DNA from: Erysipelotrichia bacterium | Lineage (GTDB): Bacteria; Muiribacteriota; Ozemobacteria; Ozemobacterales; Ozemobacteraceae | Length of the DNA: 18,086 nt | Assembly (NCBI GenBank): GCA_009928855.1 | Contig: SABV01000052.1 | Span: 1-18,086, forward strand | Reading direction: 5' to 3' | Shown: positions 15,221 to 18,086 of the stretch, piece by piece | Numbering within the stretch: the stretch's first letter is position 1 | Layout: each line of letters begins with the position of its first letter | Notes under the pieces: model-generated | The model's database searches: none | What the model was told of the DNA's origin: nothing | What the model saw: only the letters and a program-made list of their open reading frames with translations | Made by a program: the position numbers and the translations under genes

Positions 15221-16277
15221 TTTCAGAAGTTTCAAATTCAAAGCCACCCTCACTCGACATCTTTTTAAAATCATCGATCTGGTTAACGATTTCCTGGCCA
15301 GAGTTAAACAGCTGCGCTTTGGCATTATAAAACTCTTTGATAGCGCCAGTTTTCATGTTTGACGACAAAAATCCGCCACCACCACCGGCAGAAACCACCT
15401 TTTCCCAGCTCAGATCGCCCTTTTCCGTCATATTAGCAAGGGCCTGCTTAACTGCATTTGCCCGATCTTTTTCAGAATCTGACAGTTTTCCATCACAACC
15501 GACATCAAACATGGCCTTCGAGTCAAGCTCTAGAATATCTTTGTCGAGCTTTGTTATGCTAGTTTCTACATCTTTAAGACCCTTAAACAGGTCATCCTTA
15601 ACTTTTTGCAACTGACCAATGGTCATATTGCTGATATCTGCACCGGCCGCCGACCACTCACTGGAAAAATCCTGAACCAGCTGTTTTGCATCGGCCTTAA
15701 CTCCAGCCATTATACTGCCCTGTGTCGCGAAAAACTTGCTAACATCACCCACGTCACGCCAGTATTTGTCGAGTTCTTCTGAACTGTCTTCGTGCATAAC
15801 AATCAATTTTTCTTGTGAATATTCAGGCTCTTCACCCTCTTTTATGCCATCAAAGCCGGCCTTAACCTTGAGACTGACCACCAGCCTGCCAACACCGTCG
15901 ATAGCCGGTGCCACGCCAAATTCTTCAACATTACGGCAGATAACCCATTGTTTTCCCTCAAAGCGCCTTATTAAATCGGGTTTGACATAAAGATAGCTCA
16001 AAGCTACGTCTTCTTCTTTTTTACTTCCTGATTTGCGAACCTTGATAGAAATTACATCGTCACTAGCCTGTTTAAAGGTGCCTTTTCTCGCCTGACTCAG
16101 GTCGCTTTCGAGTATTTTCAGAACTTTATTGGCTTCTTGTTTGACAAAGTCTCGACTGGCCACTAAAGCCCGTTTATTAGCCGATTCCTTCAGCAAGAAA
16201 TACATGGGCACGGATAAAACCGCAAGAATAAAAAAAGCCACCATCAGCTCAATAAGAGTCATGCCGTTTTTTCGCAT
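15195..16277 (-). CDS. prepilin-type N-terminal cleavage/methylation domain protein, long (360 aa) pseudopilin-like with alpha-helical/coiled-coil C-terminal extension
   Basis: The N-terminus MRKNG|MTLIELMVAFFILAVLSV is a canonical type IV prepilin site: short basic leader, Gly-1, Glu+5 and a hydrophobic helix. GGAGG lies 7 nt upstream of this ATG. The ORF-track start 12 nt further up is rejected. The C-terminal ~180 aa are rich in K/E/D/Q heptad-like helices plus a GGGGG stretch. Confidence 0.75.
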   Translation of the reverse strand: MRKNGMTLIELMVAFFILAVLSVPMYFLLKESANKRALVASRDFVKQEANKVLKILESDLSQARKGTFKQASDDVISIKVRKSGSKKEEDVALSYLYVKPDLIRRFEGKQWVICRNVEEFGVAPAIDGVGRLVVSLKVKAGFDGIKEGEEPEYSQEKLIVMHEDSSEELDKYWRDVGDVSKFFATQGSIMAGVKADAKQLVQDFSSEWSAAGADISNMTIGQLQKVKDDLFKGLKDVETSITKLDKDILELDSKAMFDVGCDGKLSDSEKDRANAVKQALANMTEKGDLSWEKVVSAGGGGGFLSSNMKTGAIKEFYNAKAQLFNSGQEIVNQIDDFKKMSSEGGFEFETSEINRGKWGL

Positions 16278-16298
16278 AATTTCCTCCATAGGACCCCA

Positions 16299-16775
16299 TC
16301 AGGGCCTGACAATCAAAAATGATTTATTACGAACCAGAGGCGGAGAGCCAGCCCTGCTGAACGAGCAGATAATATCTGCCTGAACCATTGTTTTATCTAC
16401 CTTACCGTCCTTCATTAAAAATTTCCAGGTTCCCTCAACTTTGAAATCCTTGAATTTTGTCTGAACTTTTAACACTTCACTGAGACTGATCGGATAAAAG
16501 CCATCTGAAAGCTGAAAAGGTCCGGCACTCGCCTTATCTTCGCCATCTGCCTCTATTCGCTCATAGAATCTCTTAAAAGGCATAGCCATAATTTCGGATT
16601 TAACACTCTCAAGAATGCGTTCAGCCATCTGAATTTTTTCTGTCTCAATCGCGGTTGCTGCGTCATCTGACGAAATCTGCATTAACGGCACCAGCGCCAT
16701 CATAAGAATAGCCATTGCAATACAGATCTCGACGAGGGTAATCGCGTTGTTATTTGCCAGCTTTCGCACTTTCAT
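16299..16775 (-). CDS. pilin/pseudopilin-like protein with non-canonical prepilin motif (158 aa)
   Basis: MKVRKLANNNA|ITLVEICIAMAILMMALV has an 11-aa basic leader, Glu at +5 and a hydrophobic helix typical of type IV pilins, but Ala rather than Gly at -1. It starts 15 nt after the stop of the upstream large ORF, with AAAGGA upstream, and ends 21 nt before the next pilin-like gene. Confidence 0.65.
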   Translation of the reverse strand: MKVRKLANNNAITLVEICIAMAILMMALVPLMQISSDDAATAIETEKIQMAERILESVKSEIMAMPFKRFYERIEADGEDKASAGPFQLSDGFYPISLSEVLKVQTKFKDFKVEGTWKFLMKDGKVDKTMVQADIICSFSRAGSPPLVRNKSFLIVRP

Positions 16776-16790
16776 CCGCAGAGTCCTTTC

Positions 16791-18086
16791 TTACTGGGGT
16801 CTTACAAACTGAAACATGGCAGTTTGAGAGCTGAAAGTGACGTAATACCGTGTCGGGTCCCATTTTGAAACGGGTCGAATCATCGACAGCAGAGAGCTAC
16901 GGCAATGGTTCGACTCATAATACACATGCAGATCACCCTGGCAGTCTTTGCGGTTAAAACGATTTACGACAAGATTTCCATATACATTCAGTCTGGCGCC
17001 AATTGGGTTCATTACGCCTTTGTCGCCAAAAAGACAGGCTCTGACTGAACGCTCACCATAGTGATTAACAATCGCCCCATTGCGTGCCACAAGCGAAAAG
17101 AGTGTGGCATTGCCATCAGCATCGTAATCTTCACGGGTAATGTCGCCTTTGAGGTGAATATTGGCAGCGGCAACAATAATACCGCGCCCCATTACGTGCA
17201 AATCTTCAAGCCACAAATTGTCGTTTACAAAAGTAATACCATCGCAGATAAAAGTTTTTTTGCCGTTATATTCAATGCAGCGATTTTCGATGTCGCGGTT
17301 GAATTCAGTTGAAGACGGGTAAAAATAGCTGGCCTTCTTGAGATACTGTGTCGGCGAATAAGTATTTGCCGGAAGGTTGCCCTCATCATCTGGACTCCAG
17401 GCCTTTTCAGCCTCTTTATCGTCTTTGTATGGGGGAAATCCGCAGAAGCCATAAGGCTCTTTATAAGCCTTAGCCCACAACCATGGAATCGGTATCTCAA
17501 GCCCTAGAAAGCCGATCATCGGAATTGGCGGAATCAAAATTTTGACCAAAGTCATCTTGATATGCGAATAAACCTTTTTGAGATAGCCTTCTACCCGCAG
17601 CGAAAAAGGGAATTCAAGGTGAAAATTACCAAAAAGCAGTGTTCTGGCAAACCTTGGCGGAATCGGTAACCAATATGTTCCAGCACTTCCAGGTTCGCCG
17701 CCACCAAAATAGCCCCAGTCAAATGGTTCACCATCAGCCCAGAAATTATAGTAAACACTGGTAAAAGCTGGAACAACATTATGCGCTTTTTCTGAATGAT
17801 CCGAGGGATGACTGCCACTGCATGCAGTTTTATCGCCATCTTTGTGCGGAAACAGCAGAGCCACTATCTCCATTTTTTTTAGAACATCAACATCGAGAGA
17901 CAATTCTTCAAACATTGTCAGCTTAAGAAGCATCTCTTTAGTGCCATTTACCCTCACCAGACCAGGCAATTGAACTTTTCTGGCCAGATCTTTGATGTCG
18001 AACTTAAAGAGATTTTCGATTGACTCCCAGGCTGATTCGAGTGAAGGCATGTTATGAATGACGATATCGCCGGTGCCCTCGTTCCA
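16791..18086 (-). CDS. large hypothetical protein, N-terminus outside window (at least 431 aa shown); C-terminal half beta-helix-like; first gene of the pilin-like cluster
   Basis: The minus-strand reading frame stays open to the window end at 18086. The region upstream of Met18050 reads ...NEGTGDIVIHN in frame. The C-terminal part has short repeats with regularly spaced hydrophobic/Asn/Gly residues (GIIVAAANIHLKGDI, ARNGAIVNHYGE, ARLNVYGNLVVNRFN), suggesting a parallel beta-helix. A Pro/aromatic-rich middle segment is also present. I recognise no family. Confidence 0.6.
   Translation of the reverse strand, partial: WNEGTGDIVIHNMPSLESAWESIENLFKFDIKDLARKVQLPGLVRVNGTKEMLLKLTMFEELSLDVDVLKKMEIVALLFPHKDGDKTACSGSHPSDHSEKAHNVVPAFTSVYYNFWADGEPFDWGYFGGGEPGSAGTYWLPIPPRFARTLLFGNFHLEFPFSLRVEGYLKKVYSHIKMTLVKILIPPIPMIGFLGLEIPIPWLWAKAYKEPYGFCGFPPYKDDKEAEKAWSPDDEGNLPANTYSPTQYLKKASYFYPSSTEFNRDIENRCIEYNGKKTFICDGITFVNDNLWLEDLHVMGRGIIVAAANIHLKGDITREDYDADGNATLFSLVARNGAIVNHYGERSVRACLFGDKGVMNPIGARLNVYGNLVVNRFNRKDCQGDLHVYYESNHCRSSLLSMIRPVSKWDPTRYYVTFSSQTAMFQFVRPQ

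Noticed and set aside
1-18086. Searched intergenic regions (2918-3119, 4576-4783, 5945-6093, 7396-7556, 12117-12275, 14429-14587) for tRNA/tmRNA-like cloverleaf signatures, IS inverted repeats, integrase or transposase ORFs
   Set aside because: There is no GTTCGA/TPsiC-like arm, no flanking long terminal inverted repeats and no recombinase-like ORF. The window shows no mobile-element hallmarks by eye. This is only as firm as manual inspection allows.

Overview
This 18.1-kb window looks like chromosomal DNA from an unidentified Gram-negative-type bacterium, at roughly 47-50% GC. It carries about 15 protein-coding genes. I found no rRNA, tRNA, CRISPR array, transposase or integrase.

The recognisable housekeeping genes form two blocks:
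- A tightly overlapping minus-strand operon of an ABC-F ATPase, clpS and clpA.
- A plus-strand pncB-pncA (NAD salvage) pair.

The accessory-looking genes flanking them are:
- A eukaryote-type SLC12/CCC cation-chloride cotransporter homolog.
- A soluble M48 (HEXXH...E) zinc peptidase. A Shine-Dalgarno-bearing 31-codon small ORF and a hairpin plus U-tract sit in its leader.
- A 5-repeat ankyrin protein that overlaps the peptidase gene tail-to-tail.
- An SPFH/Band-7-type protein fused to a Gly/Met-rich low-complexity linker and three tandem CxxC...CPDC zinc ribbons.
- A signal-peptide outer-membrane-barrel-like protein with a long Pro/Ser/Thr/Gln-rich N-terminal region and an A8 tract at codons 2-4.
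- Two multi-pass membrane proteins of unknown function.

The most unusual part is a minus-strand cluster running off the 3' end of the window. It encodes a large protein of at least 431 aa, truncated at the window edge, whose C-terminal half looks beta-helix-like. Two prepilin-type proteins follow it. One is 158 aa with a non-canonical Ala at -1. The other is 360 aa with a canonical G|MTLIE site and a long alpha-helical C-terminal extension. No major pilin, ATPase or secretin is in view.

Several perfect or near-perfect inverted repeats in intergenic regions look like operators or RNA structures. They lie upstream of pncB, upstream of the last membrane-protein gene, and in the peptidase leader. 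Three rho-independent terminators are visible.
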